64,000 bases of DNA from assembly GCA_035084275.1 (NCBI GenBank), contig CM068743.1:116498001-116562000 (forward strand). The letters run 5' to 3'. Source of the stretch: Hydrolagus colliei (Eukaryota). Position numbers and translations under genes: made by a program. Positions 1 through 11,729 of this stretch are shown here, one piece after another (position 1 is the first letter of the stretch; each line of letters starts with the position of its first letter). The notes under the pieces were generated by a model, which saw nothing but the letters and a program-made list of their open reading frames with translations, did no database searches and had not been told where the DNA came from.

Positions 1-413
1 GTGTTTTAAAATTACGTTTTTCTCAAGACCATTTTCTTATTCGCCATCTCTGTCCTTGGATCATTCCCAACAATAAAAATGCTTTTTACATGCCTCTGTC
101 CTCTCTAGGCCTGGTTTCCCCCAAGGTCCTCCTCACCAACCTCCCCAACCATACTCTACACAAACTCTAGATCACTATTAACACAGTCTTTGCCAAAACA
201 AACTCGGTGAGACCATCAATGCCAGACACCCCGACACCCTGTTCCCCAAAAAAGCCTCAAATATTGTGGGCCTTGAACCCACAACCTTCTGACACAGAAC
301 CTGCGGTTGCTGCCAAATGAGCCAATCTGATAGACAATGAAGAAATGGCCAGAGGTAACGCTCAGCTTGAAGAGGTGATGGGAGGAGGAGAAACACAACC
401 GCAAACACTGCTT

Positions 414-448
414 ATTGGCACAAACAGGACAGGTTTAGATCATTCTCA
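414..448 (+). promoter_or_regulatory. V1 promoter module (inverted CCAAT, then CATTCTCA)
   Basis: ATTGG at 414-418, about 100 nt upstream of the ATG; the same position recurs in the other V genes. Confidence 0.5.
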
Positions 449-517
449 CTCAAGACGAACGCAGTGATCTGGTCAGATCCCCCTCAAGCTGTGCTGAGGG
501 CTCACATCACATCAGAT

Positions 518-952
518 ATGTGGGGGGCAGGTTGTGTCTGTGTGCTCAGTGCCCTGGTGTCATGTAAGTTTATCTGGATGCAATTTAATGATTATCACAT
601 CATCAGAGACAGTAAACGAGGCTAATTATTTTATTTTGTGTTTCCAGTTGGCTGTGAGGGCTTTACCTTGTCACAGCCCATGTCCATGATCAAGGAGGAA
701 GGAAAAACAGCGAAGATTCCCTGTGAAATGGAAAATAAATCAATGGGCAATGACTATGTTCACTGGTACCGTGAGAATCCCGGGAAGGGGCTTCAATGGA
801 TGTTGTATTATCACTCAAAGGACAAGAAAGGTCACTCGCATGATTTCCCAAGCCGTTTTTCTGCTGAGAAACGTGGGGACCTGTGCACTCTCACAATCAC
901 AAGCCTCAACTCGGCTGACACTGGTACTTATTATTGTGGAGTCTGGGATTCC
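518..952 (+). CDS. TRGV: TCR gamma V segment V1 (leader 518-563, intron 564-647, V exon 648-952)
   Basis: Leader MWGAGCVCVLSALVS with GTAAGT donor and TTTCCAG acceptor. V exon has Cys23 (KIPC), HWYR, YYCGVWDS and is followed by a 23-RSS. Confidence 0.95.
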
Positions 953-991
953 CACAGCAGCTGCAGACACACTACAGATCGTACAATAACT
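953..991 (+). other. 23-RSS of V1
   Basis: CACAGCA + 23 nt + ACAATAACT. Confidence 0.9.
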
Positions 992-1809
992 TGCCTCTCA
1001 CTCGAAAGCCAACACGGCTGCAGTTGGGTGTCAGTGTAATGAGGGGGAAACTGTGAACTGTAGCAGAGAGACCCCAGCCTGGTCAATGCTGAAGGTTGTG
1101 GTCCAGATACTGGGGAAGAACTGTACATCATGTGTTTCTGTCACTGTAATAAGCGGGAGGGGAAGAATTGAAGGGGAACCTTATTTTAGTCACTCAGACA
1201 TTTTGCTCCAATGGGAGATTGTACATCAATCATATGCTGGGCTTGTAAACAAATAAAACCACACATTTGATGTGATGCGTGAACTTTGTAAAAATAATTG
1301 AATTGTAATAACTTAGAAATGGAAAGCGTAACAATTGAAGTGTAACGGTGAACATTTCAATCTGCATTGGGTGCCATATACTAATTGGAAAAGTAAACCC
1401 TAGAAAGTTCAGGTTTGCCTCTGTTCACCCCTTCCGAATTGCAATGAAAATGATAAAATACTAATTCTGCTTGATGATATATGATGGACTATGAAACATC
1501 TGTTTCACTTAAATTTGTCTAAATCTTCTATTTACGGGAACATGCCGCGTTTCTCCTGCCCCATAAATAAATAGACAGACAGATGAAGCAAGCAAGCAAA
1601 GAAGCAAGCAAGCAAATACAGTAGGACAAAAGCGTAAATGGGCGCAGCTGTTGTGCGGGCTGATGAGGTAGGCGGGGGGCGGGAGAAACACAACCTCACA
1701 ACAACGGTAGTTGGCAGAAAGGGGTTTCAATCATTCCCACAGAATAAAGAGCGAAGTGAACTCATCCGATCAGCTTCTCTCTGTTCCTTGTCCACACATC
1801 ACATTAGAT

Positions 1810-2280
1810 ATGTGGGGGGCAGGTTGTGTCTGTGTGCTGAGTGCCTTCATGTCACGTAAGTTTATCTGGACGCTTTGAAATGATAACAATAATTCTTGCA
1901 TTCGCTGTTCCTTGATAATGATTATCACATTATCAGAGAGTAAAACTTAATAAGGAATTGTTTTTGTCTTTCCAGTGGGCTGTGATGGTCTGTCCTTGAC
2001 TCAGCCCATATCCATGCTCAAGAAACCCAGCAGGACACTAGAGATGACCTGCTCAGTGGTGGGCGGATCAATGCAGAATTTGTATGTTCACTGGTACCGT
2101 GGGAATCCCGGGAAGGAGTTTCAATGGATTCTCTATTACCGCTCAGATACACTGAAGGAAACATCGCCTGCCTTTTCAGAGCGTTTCTCTGCTGTTAAAA
2201 GTGATCAGTCGTGTATTCTTACAATCATAAAACCCAACAAGGATGACAGTGCCACCTATTATTGTGGTGTCTGGGATTCA
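1810..2280 (+). CDS. TRGV: TCR gamma V segment V2 (leader 1810-1855, V exon 1976-2280)
   Basis: Leader MWGAGCVCVLSAFMS, GTAAG/TTTCCAG intron, open V exon LTQP...EMTC...HWYR...YYCGVWDS. Confidence 0.95.
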
Positions 2281-2319
2281 CACAGCACTCGCAGACACAC
2301 AACACATCGTACAATAACT
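2281..2319 (+). other. 23-RSS of V2
   Basis: CACAGCA + 23 nt + ACAATAACT. Confidence 0.9.
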
Positions 2320-3310
2320 TGCCTTTCAATAGAAGATCAATTCGGTTGCAGCTGAGTCTCAGTGTGTTCATTGAAGGGGAGATTGTTAACTGCAGCAGAC
2401 AGAAAACAATCATATCACATCGTCCACATATCACATCACAGAGCGTTTCTCGAAGCGTTTTTATCGCGAAGTTCATTGACTGTATTATGTTAATGAATAA
2501 GACACAGTATTTTAATTGCCATTGACATCCAATCATTCTATTGACTCTCATATATTTTGTCTAAAATTAAATCCACTAAAGTTCGCACTTACAGACCACA
2601 CTCTCCTGCTCATTACCTCCAAATGCACATTTTAATTATGTGACATACTGGATTACTTTACTGTGAAAGTAAATTGAAGATTGTGAAACGGATGTTTTCG
2701 CTAACAATTTTCTGGGTTGCCAACATTCTATACACAGCCATAGCCTCGTCATAAATCCATTGTATCATAAACCCAATATTTTGTAGTGAAGATTGAAATG
2801 TGGTTTAAAATCACATTTTTCTCATGACCATTTGCTTATTCGCCATCTCTGTCCTTATATCATTCCCAACAATAAAATTCCTTTTTACATGCCTCTGTCC
2901 TCTCCAGGCCTGGTTTCCCTAAGGTCCTCCTCACCAACCTCCCCATCCATACTCTACACAAACTCTAGATCACTAATAACACAGTCTTTGCCAAAATAAA
3001 CTCGGTGAGACCATCAATGCCAGACTCCCCGACACCCTGTTCCCCAATAAAGCCTCAAATATTGTGGGCCTTGAACCCACAACCTTCTGACACAGAACCT
3101 GCCGTTGCTGCCAAATGAGCCAATCTGATAGACAACGAAGAAATGGCCAGAGGTAACGCTCAGCTTGAAGAGGTGATGGGAGGAGGAGAAACACAACCGC
3201 AAACACTGCTTATTGGCACAAACAGGTTTAGATCATTCTCACTCAAGACGAACGCAGTGATCTGGTCAGATCCCCCTCAAGCTGTGCTGAGGGCTCACAT
3301 CACATCAGAT

Positions 3311-3742
3311 ATGTGGGGGGCAGGTTGTGTCTGTGTGCTCAGTGCCCTGGTGTCATGTAAGTTTATCTGGATGCAATTTAATGATTATCACATCATCAGA
3401 GACAGTAAACGAGGCTAATGATTTTATTTTGTGTTTCCAGTTGGCTGTGAGGGCTTTACCTTGTCACAGCCCATGTCCATGATCAAGAATAAAGGGAAAA
3501 CAGCGAAGATGCCCTGTGAAATGAAAGATAAATCAATGGGCAATGACTATGTTCACTGGTACCGTGAGAATCCCGGGAAGGGACTTCAATGGATTCTCTA
3601 CCACACAGCAGCTAAGACAGAAAACTCGCCTGATTTTCTACGACGTTTTTCTGCTGATAAAATTCGTGACTCGTGCACTCTCACAATCACAAAACCAGAA
3701 CCGAGCGACACTGGCACTTATTATTGTGGAGTCTGGGATTCC
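3311..3742 (+). CDS. TRGV: TCR gamma V segment V3 (leader 3311-3356, V exon 3441-3742)
   Basis: Leader identical to V1. Open V exon KMPC...HWYR...YYCGVWDS, 3 nt shorter than V1. Confidence 0.95.
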
Positions 3743-3781
3743 CACAGCAGCTGCAGGCACACAACAGATCGTACAATAACT
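3743..3781 (+). other. 23-RSS of V3
   Basis: CACAGCA + 23 nt + ACAATAACT. Confidence 0.9.
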
Positions 3782-4149
3782 TGCCTCTCACTCGCAAGCC
3801 AACGCGGTTACAGTCGGTGTATTGAGGGGGAAAATGTTAACTGCAGAGGAGAGAACCCAGCCTGGTCAATGCTGAAGGTTGTGGTCCAGATACTGGGGAA
3901 GAACTGTACAGAGGAATTTGCGTTCATTTTATTTACAGTGTGGAAGTGGTTACATAGGAATCTTATTTAAGTCTTTCTGACATTTTGCACCAGTGGCAGA
4001 TTGCGAATCAGTAATCACAAGGTGGGCATGTAAAGGAACAAATTGAATCACAAATGCATGAAAAACGTAATCGTTTCGCCAACACGATAATTCCAGGTTT
4101 GAAACGACACACTTACATTTCAGTTTGCTGCGTGTATTATTTCAAGATT

Positions 4150-4662
4150 AAGTCGCTTCTTGCTCGTCTCCCGTCCAACACAATCCATAAAATACAGCTC
4201 ATTCAGAACTCTGCTGCTAGCATTCTTACCCGCACCAAATTTTGCTCGCTGACCATCCCAGTCCTTGCCAGACTTCACTGGCTCCCTGTCCCGGAGAGGA
4301 TCGATTTCAAGATCCTCACTCTTGTTTTCTAATCTCTCCACTCCTCTGCACCCTCCTACCTCTCTGACCTCTCTCCCCAAAACAGAACCCATTGCCTTCG
4401 TCCTCTGGTTCTGGTCTCCTTAGCTCCACCATCAGCAACGGTGCCTTCAGCCACTCCGCCCCAAAGCTCTGGAACTCCTTTTCTCACTCCTTTTGCCTCG
4501 CTCCCTCTCTTCCTATCTTCAGGTCTCGGCTAAAGACATTTCTTTTCGACCGCACCTTCGGTCACCTTTTTCCCACTGCCTATGGCTCAGGCCCGGGATC
4601 CATTATTCTGAAGCGCTCTGAGATGCCAGTCGGCATGGAGGCCACTATATAAATTGAAGTTG
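4150..4662 (+). mobile_element. L2 3' fragment
   Basis: IQLIQNSAA...LHWLPVPERIDFKIL. Confidence 0.8.
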
Positions 4663-5257
4663 CTCAACCTTTATGTGCTGTGGGCCTTAAATTTACAACC
4701 CTCTGACCCTCAGGCAAGCATGCTACAAATTGAGTCAAGCTAAGATCAAGCAAGATTGCAGATGGTATAAGTAGACATAAGGTTGACTTCAAATTCCAAG
4801 TACAGTGATTGGAATTAGTAGGAGAGATGAGTAGACAATGAACTGGGGTCAGAAGTAGTATCTTGGTATGCACAGCTGCAGTTTGCTCCGGCCACCCACA
4901 TTGAAAATGGACTTGGCAAAACAGCAGGAATGTTGCCTGAGTAAATAGAATATATCTTGTAACATCAGACATTTTGAATTGATAGTTTGTGGAAAAACAG
5001 TGCAGCAATTTTGCTCCAGGATTGACAAAAAGACCCCCTTTAAAAGTGAGGTTAGTGAGAGGTGCCCAGGCATGTACTGTCATAAGTCTGAAACTTTATT
5101 TCAACAAACAGAAACAATCCTGGTAGAGACAGAATAGAATCTTTGTTCAGGTTGTCCAGTTGACCAGAAGGTGAATCTGAATTAAAATGTGGAGAAAGTC
5201 TACAACTGACCATTTCCTGGTCATCCTAATTAGAAGATTATGGGTTAAATAACCATC

Positions 5258-5288
<31 letters not shown>

Positions 5289-5885
5289 CTTGGATTTATA
5301 TAGTGCCCTCTACCCCAGGCTGCATCTCAGATTGCTTCCCAATAATGGACCCTGGTGCCAAGCCAGGGGGAGGGGGAAAAAGGTGACCAAAAGTGCAGTT
5401 GAAAAGGTCTTTAGCTGAGACCTGAAAGTAGGAAGAGAGGGGCGAGGTGAAGGGAGTGAGGAAGGGACTTCCAGAGCCTCAAGGCGTAGTGGTTGAAGGC
5501 ATGGCCGCCGATGGTGAAGCCAAGGATTTGGGGGACAAGGAGGAGGCCATACCCAGTAGAGCGAAGGCAACAGGTGCTGGTGAGGAGAAAGGAGGAGAAA
5601 GGAGAAAGGGGGTGCAGAGAAGTGGAGAGATTTGAAAACAAGAGTGAGGATTTTGAAATCGATCCTCTCCGGGACAGGGAGCCAGTGCAGTCTGGCAAGG
5701 ACTGGGGTAATCGGGGAGAAGAGTTTGGTGGGGTAAGAATGCAGGCAGCAGAATACTGGATGACCTGGATTTTATGAATGGTAGCGGAGAGGAGACTGGC
5801 GAGAAGGGCATTTGAATAGTCCAACCAAGAGGTGGTAAAGGCATGGACCAGGGTTTTGTTGACTTTTGGGGTGTTTACACCAATA
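5258..5885 (-). mobile_element. L2 3' fragment with (CAA)n tail
   Basis: LVHAFTTSWLDYSNALL and IQVIQYSAA motifs. Confidence 0.8.
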
Positions 5886-7319
5886 AATGTTTTTCCAACC
5901 ATTTATTTGGGGTGAGGTGAGGTATAGGCGGAGAGGTTTTGGTGTGAAGTTTTGGTGGAGTTTGAGTCTTTGGGCCTTTGAACTCATAGTTTAGGATATT
6001 ATTCCAATTCAGTGCTGGGGTGGGGGATTGGGTGGTGGGGGAAATACTGTATTAACAAAGATGCTTTCCATTAGATGAAACATTTAACTGAAGTGCCACT
6101 TGTCTATTCAGGTAGATGCCACTATTGAAAAGGAAATTTCTCCCAGTGCCCTGGTCAACAGTCCCTCGAAAAAATTGGTTATTCACTGCACTTGCGTTTG
6201 TAGGGCAATACATCATGCAAATTGACGGTGTTTGGCTGTGTTTGCCCTCAATCACTCCACCCCACAGTGAAAATATTGTGACGCTGATTCTGACATCTCA
6301 ATAATAATAACAAGAAGAAGAAAAATTCTTGCATTTGACATTGCACCTATTACATCTTCTAGGGGTCTCAAAGCACTTCACAGAATGTAATGTAAAGTGA
6401 ATTGACTCTGTGTTTTGCGGGCAAAATACAATGTAATATATCAAATGTAATGGTTATTACTAAAACATGAATGCACAGTGATTACAGCAACAACAAATTA
6501 CATTTGTTATGTTCCTTTCATGCGAGGAGCACGTTCCAAGGAGCTTAAATAATAATAAAGGGAAAAGGATGAGAAGATCCGGGTAGAGCTAAAACATACA
6601 GTGTTTGCAGCTTAGCAACAGCTATGGATCTCAACAGAGGTGGCTCTCGAATTGGCCTGTGCTAACATTTTAATATCAGTGATGATTATTTGTTGATTGA
6701 CAGTTTATCTGAAAATAGTAGTGTGAATTCATTCTTGTGCTGTGGTAGCTACTTACTGGGATGGTAAGTTTAATCCAATCTTATATTTGAAATTGCAGGA
6801 ATTTATTTAAGGGTAGAAAAGTACTATATTTCCCTTTGTGAAACCTGAATTTCAAGATGTCAAATATTTACCTGTAAATTGGATTTCTATATGCTGGACA
6901 TGGACACTAATCGATATGAACATCAATATGAATTTGTGGTTTGTGTGAATGTCATTCTTTAAATTTCATGAGCATATTGTAATTACTGTGCAAATAGAAA
7001 AATATAATTTTCTAAATAATTCAACTATTTTAGTACAGTATGTTTTGATAAATATTACACAATTCAATACAAACATAATGAGAATGTATTGAACACCCTT
7101 AGGTTGATAGACGTTGGGGTTGAAAAAGTGTTTGTCGGGAAAATAACAGGGTAAATGGTACCTCACACTGGATAAAGTGACTGCTCCAAGTAACGTAAAG
7201 AGCATCTAGAGAATTGTTTATCTCCCGAATAGTGTCCTACTGTCGAACCTCACCGTGGTTCACAAGCCACCTCCACTTGCACAGAGCCAGGAGCACTTCG
7301 CTCAAATTCGGCCTAACGG

Positions 7320-8207
7320 TCTGCCAGCATATCTGACATTGATAATGTTCCTGAAAGAGGGACAACTTTTTCCAGCTCAACGTCAGCAAGACTGAGGCCC
7401 TTCTAATTGGCTCACGTCAGTGCCTCCGCACCTCAGGCGTGGCAGCATCAGAATTCAAGGCTGCACTGTATCTCTCAAAGCCAATCAGGAACCTTGTTAT
7501 CTTGCTTGACCCTGAACTGTCCTTCCTTCCTCACATCCAGACAATGACCAGCACTGTCTTCCACCGCTTTCATAACATTGCCAGACTCCACCACTGCCTC
7601 ACCTCTCAGGCTATCGAAATCCTTGTCCATGCATTCGTCACATCAAGGCTCGACTATGGAGACTTCCTCCTCGTTGGCCTTCCTGGCTCTTCCCTTCACA
7701 AGCTGCAGATCACACAGACCTCTACAGCTTGTGTCCTCTCCCGCACTAAGCTCCGTGACCACATCACTCCCACCCTTGCCCGGCTCCATTGCCTCTCCAA
7801 ACCCCAGGAATTTATTTAAGATCCTTATCCTTATCCTCACTTACAGGCTATTCACAGCCTTGCCCCCTCATATCTCTCTTGACGCACTAACTCCCTATCA
7901 ACCTGCCTGCCACTCCATTCAGTTGACTCTGGTCTGCTTCATGTCCCCCGTCCAACCCACCCTACCATTGGTGGCCGGGCTTTCAGTCTCTCTGTCCTGT
8001 AATCTGAAATGCCATCATGCAGTCCCTTCACTTTGCTTCCTCCCTTGCCACTTTTATCGTGCCTTCTGCCACCATCCCAGCTCTCTCCCTCCACTCCCCC
8101 CCACCCTGCCCTTCTCCCTGCTCGGGTCCTGACCCCTGATTATTCAGTGCCTTGGAACGTCCTCCCAATGTGAAAGGTGCTGTATAAATATAATTTTGTT
8201 GTTGTTA
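7320..8207 (+). mobile_element. L2 3' fragment
   Basis: IRNLVILLDPELSFLPHI and SRLDYG motifs; (TTG)n tail. Confidence 0.82.
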
Positions 8208-10571
8208 TCTGGCACATCCGCAAATGAGAACTTACTTCTGTTGAGATTGCAAGTCGGAGATGAGTGGTCGTGAATTGGTGCGATATTGGTGTGAGATTAT
8301 TTTTTTGCCAGCTTGAGGTATGATTCCCATGTGTTTACACCAATAAATGTTTTTACAACCGTTTATTTTCACCTACAAATTATAGTAAGTACACTTTGCA
8401 GTAAATCTTGTTAAATGCTTTGAGATGGTCCAGTCATATTATAAGGTGCCATATAAAATGCTAACCTCCAATCAACAGAAATGTAATTCAGTCAATATTT
8501 GGTTGAAGTGGTACACAGAAGCTTTATCTGTGCTGGGTTTGGATATGGGAAATTCAGTTTAAGATGATCTATCTCAACATTATTATTCAACCCTTGTTTA
8601 AAATAGCATGCCTGTGGGGAATGTATCAGACCCAAATAGTTGATATATTCATGTTTTGGAGAAAGTCCAGCATCCAATCTGTATGTAAGCATTACACATA
8701 TGCCTTTCTTCTGGTCTTGTGCCTCAGTCTCAACTAAAATTCATGAATTTATTATTATTTCTTTCTGCCAAAAGATGTGGTTCAGGTGGTGGTCTCGTGT
8801 CTCCATCTCCGCTAGGTTAAGTTCTGGTTAAAGACCATAGCAGGACCTTAGATGTGCTGGGTCCTTTAAGGTGAAGACCAGAGTGACTTCATAAGTGACA
8901 GGCAGAGTGCAGCGCTTATACTTTTGGGTACAACTGATTATGTAAATAAAATAACATGATTGGAATGTTTGTATTTTGCACATACTGTAGATGCAAGTGT
9001 GTGTGTGTCTTTCCCTCAGTTATGTTGATATAATTACATTTTGAATGGAATGTCGGTTTATTGGTTGCAGATTTAAATATTTTCAAAGGTGTGCATTTTC
9101 ATTACTTGGTGTGGAGGGAGTGAGACCACTGACCCCCGTTCATCCACGTTTATTAACCTCCCCCTCCCCACCACGAACCCCATTATACATGGCTATTTGT
9201 CTGATTGTTATTTATGGTGCCTTACCTTAATTTTGTTGTTACTGGTGCAGATCAGCTGTTTTGTTTGCCTAGCTAAACCAAAGTCACTACATTCCAAAGT
9301 ATCTCACTGTGTGTAACACTTTGAGAGATTCAAGATGTTAAAGTGCTACATTATGACACTTTATATTAATAATAATAATTTGTACATTTGATAGCATGTT
9401 ACGAGGATGTCCCAGAGCACTTCACAGAACATGACTGCAACGATTAAATGCCCACAGTACTTTTTATACTTTTTACACAATGTTTTGAGTGGAGGGGGGT
9501 AGGGGAGTGAAAGGGGTGGGGGGAAGTATAGTCACCAGATATTTTATACAGGCAGCTACTTTATACCGTTTGTGAACAGAAATCACAACCAGTAACTCAG
9601 TTTGTGAAGCAAAAAGTTTCATTAAGATTCCACTTTTACATGATTTGATATTAAATACAAATATTATTCAATACAAATAAAAACAAGTACTGTATTATGT
9701 GTTTGGAAATACTCTTTACAAATTCTTTGCTATCTTCTCTTCTCAAGAATCTGTCTATAGCAAAGTAGGAACAGGGATATTTTATAAGATCTTGGCATCC
9801 CTTTACATCATAATCTTCATGGCTTCTGCATATGGTGTTCTAAATAATTGAGGAAAGTTGGATGTTAACTTAGAACTGGAATACGTAGAGCAGAAAACCA
9901 CACAATGAAGCCAGACCCCAGGAAGAATTGGAACAAATGTGAACAGCATGCTGATGGAAATCATGCATACCTCAGCATGCATACCTCAGCTTTGGGATAA
10001 ATTAATAACTTGCCAAAATATTATTTAAAAAGAGCTGCTCATAAGACTGAGCATCAGCCCATAGGAAAATATGCATTTAAAACCACAGTACAACTGAGAA
10101 GACATGCCATTCATTTCCACAAGAACCACAGCTAAACTGGAATTGTTCCCTCTTCGCTCCACTGACCCAAGTTCATATCTAATGAAATTCAGTTCAGTTT
10201 AACTGTGATGATACTGCTCTGAATGTACAGTATATCTTATGGAATGTCCCCAAATGAGCTGTTGTGAGTTGTTTGCGGACATGGATTTTATTCTTTTTAT
10301 TGATGAGAAATATCACTCTTTATTTTCCATACTACTCCCCGCCACCCAACCCCACCCCTCACTCATCCCCTCAAGATGGATGATCTGGCGAATCAAAATT
10401 CAGTCTTAGTTACTGGGGGGCCATAAGAAAACTTGGGTTAACGTGACGGGAGAAAGGTGTCTTCATGAATGTTCACTGTTGTAGGTGATCTAAAAGAAAC
10501 AAATATTTTCAGTACAGAAGGAAAACATTTGGCTCTTTATATCTGTACTACTGATATTCAGCAATTTGTTA

Positions 10572-10959
10572 ACAATAATAATACAATAATAATCCTTGCA
10601 TTTGATATAGTGTCTTATCACATCTTTGAGACATTTCAAAGCACTTCACAGAATATTCTGTAAATTTAATTGACTGTATATTTTGTGAGCGAAATGCAGA
10701 GGCCAATTGCACATAGCAGTGTCCCACAAACAATCATGGATTGAAGAGACCAACTTATTGTTATTTTTATTATGTTTTTAAGGAATTATTATCCCCAGAA
10801 AAATGATCTGCCAATCGACTAACAACCGGGTTCCTACTTACTGCTAGCTAAACTGGCGTGTGGAATAAGAAAACTTCCCAACATTTTGCCCTACCAGGAA
10901 TCAAAAACAGGTCTCTCGCTTGCAAGGCAAGTGCTCCGACCACTGAGCTACAGACTCCA
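10572..10959 (-). mobile_element. tRNA-headed SINE with Deu-like core and L2-type tail
   Basis: A box TAGCTCAGTGG, CTTGCAA loop, GTTTGTGGGACACTGCTATGTGCAATTGG core, (ATT)n tail. Confidence 0.82.
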
Positions 10960-11729
10960 ATGATGATGATTGTTAACAATGGGTGCATGTCTGTTAGACC
11001 GAGTGCGGGAACTTCACTCTGACATGATCTACTTCCAGTTCCCGTGGGTGGGCATGATGAACTCATGGACAAACACAGAAGTGGAATTAAACGGGAAGTT
11101 GGCAAACATTGCTTTACGAAGAGTTTGACTGAAATGTGTAACTCTGCAGCAAATAGCAGGGCAGACCTGATGGCTTGACTGGGCTGTTTCTGTGCTGTAA
11201 CATTCTATGGTTACCAGAAAGTATCATTTGAATCCTCTTTTTCTTATTCCTTTACAATAGACCCCCTATGTCAATATCCCGGGAAACCACAATGGCAGTG
11301 TTTTCCCATCATCTCAATTTACATCCTTCTCTGTAGTCTCAGATTCAGCCCAGTGGCCAACCTCTCCCTTCCTTCTATAAGGTTTCTAAATCTTCCTTTT
11401 CCCCTTAATCTCCCATTAATTTCCATGTTGATCCACAACAGTAGTGTGCTTACTGAGCTCCACAATGATAGAGCAAGAAAGCTACACCAAACATAAGCTT
11501 CAGCTTTCTGTAGCTCAATGCACAAAACAACAATGATGTTCTGAGATTTCCACTCAATGCTTCAGTTTCTGCCAGTTTGTTATATCATTATTTGCTTTAT
11601 GCGGAAACAAAATGCAACTTATTTAATTTGGGTGTTCTTTGGCTCCTTGCAATAAATATTGAGAGTATGTAGTACATTGAAAAGTGGAAGGTTTCAAGTT
11701 CAGATTTAATTTAGAAGCTGATTTTCCAT

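Larger units (their letters stand above)
1..1127 (+). repeat. Tandem duplication unit carrying V1, paralogous to about 2800-3910 carrying V3
   Basis: Near-identical upstream flank, leader, intron and 3' flank at an offset of about 2793 nt. Confidence 0.9.

Noticed and set aside
178-408. Minus-strand ORFs repeated at 2973-3206
   Set aside because: They recur only because of the V1/V3 duplication and show no domain or splice support.
5258-5290. Recurrent (CAA)n/(TTG)n arrays and recurring 40-60 nt motifs resembling spaced repeats
   Set aside because: These are L2 and SINE 3' tails in eukaryotic DNA. They are not CRISPR arrays or a functional spaced-repeat system.
7238-7289. TACTGT followed by CACCGTG + 23 nt + ACAGAGCCA, suggesting a hidden V relic
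   Set aside because: Nonamer matches only 5/9. The upstream frame has no D-x-A/G-x-Y-Y-C, Trp or leader, so it is at most a cryptic RSS.
5871-8365. About 35-nt match GTGTTTACACCAATAAATGTTTTT(C/A)CAACC at 5871 and 8331
   Set aside because: Only two short copies beside L2 fragments. Probably a small unrecognised repeat, with no evidence of function.
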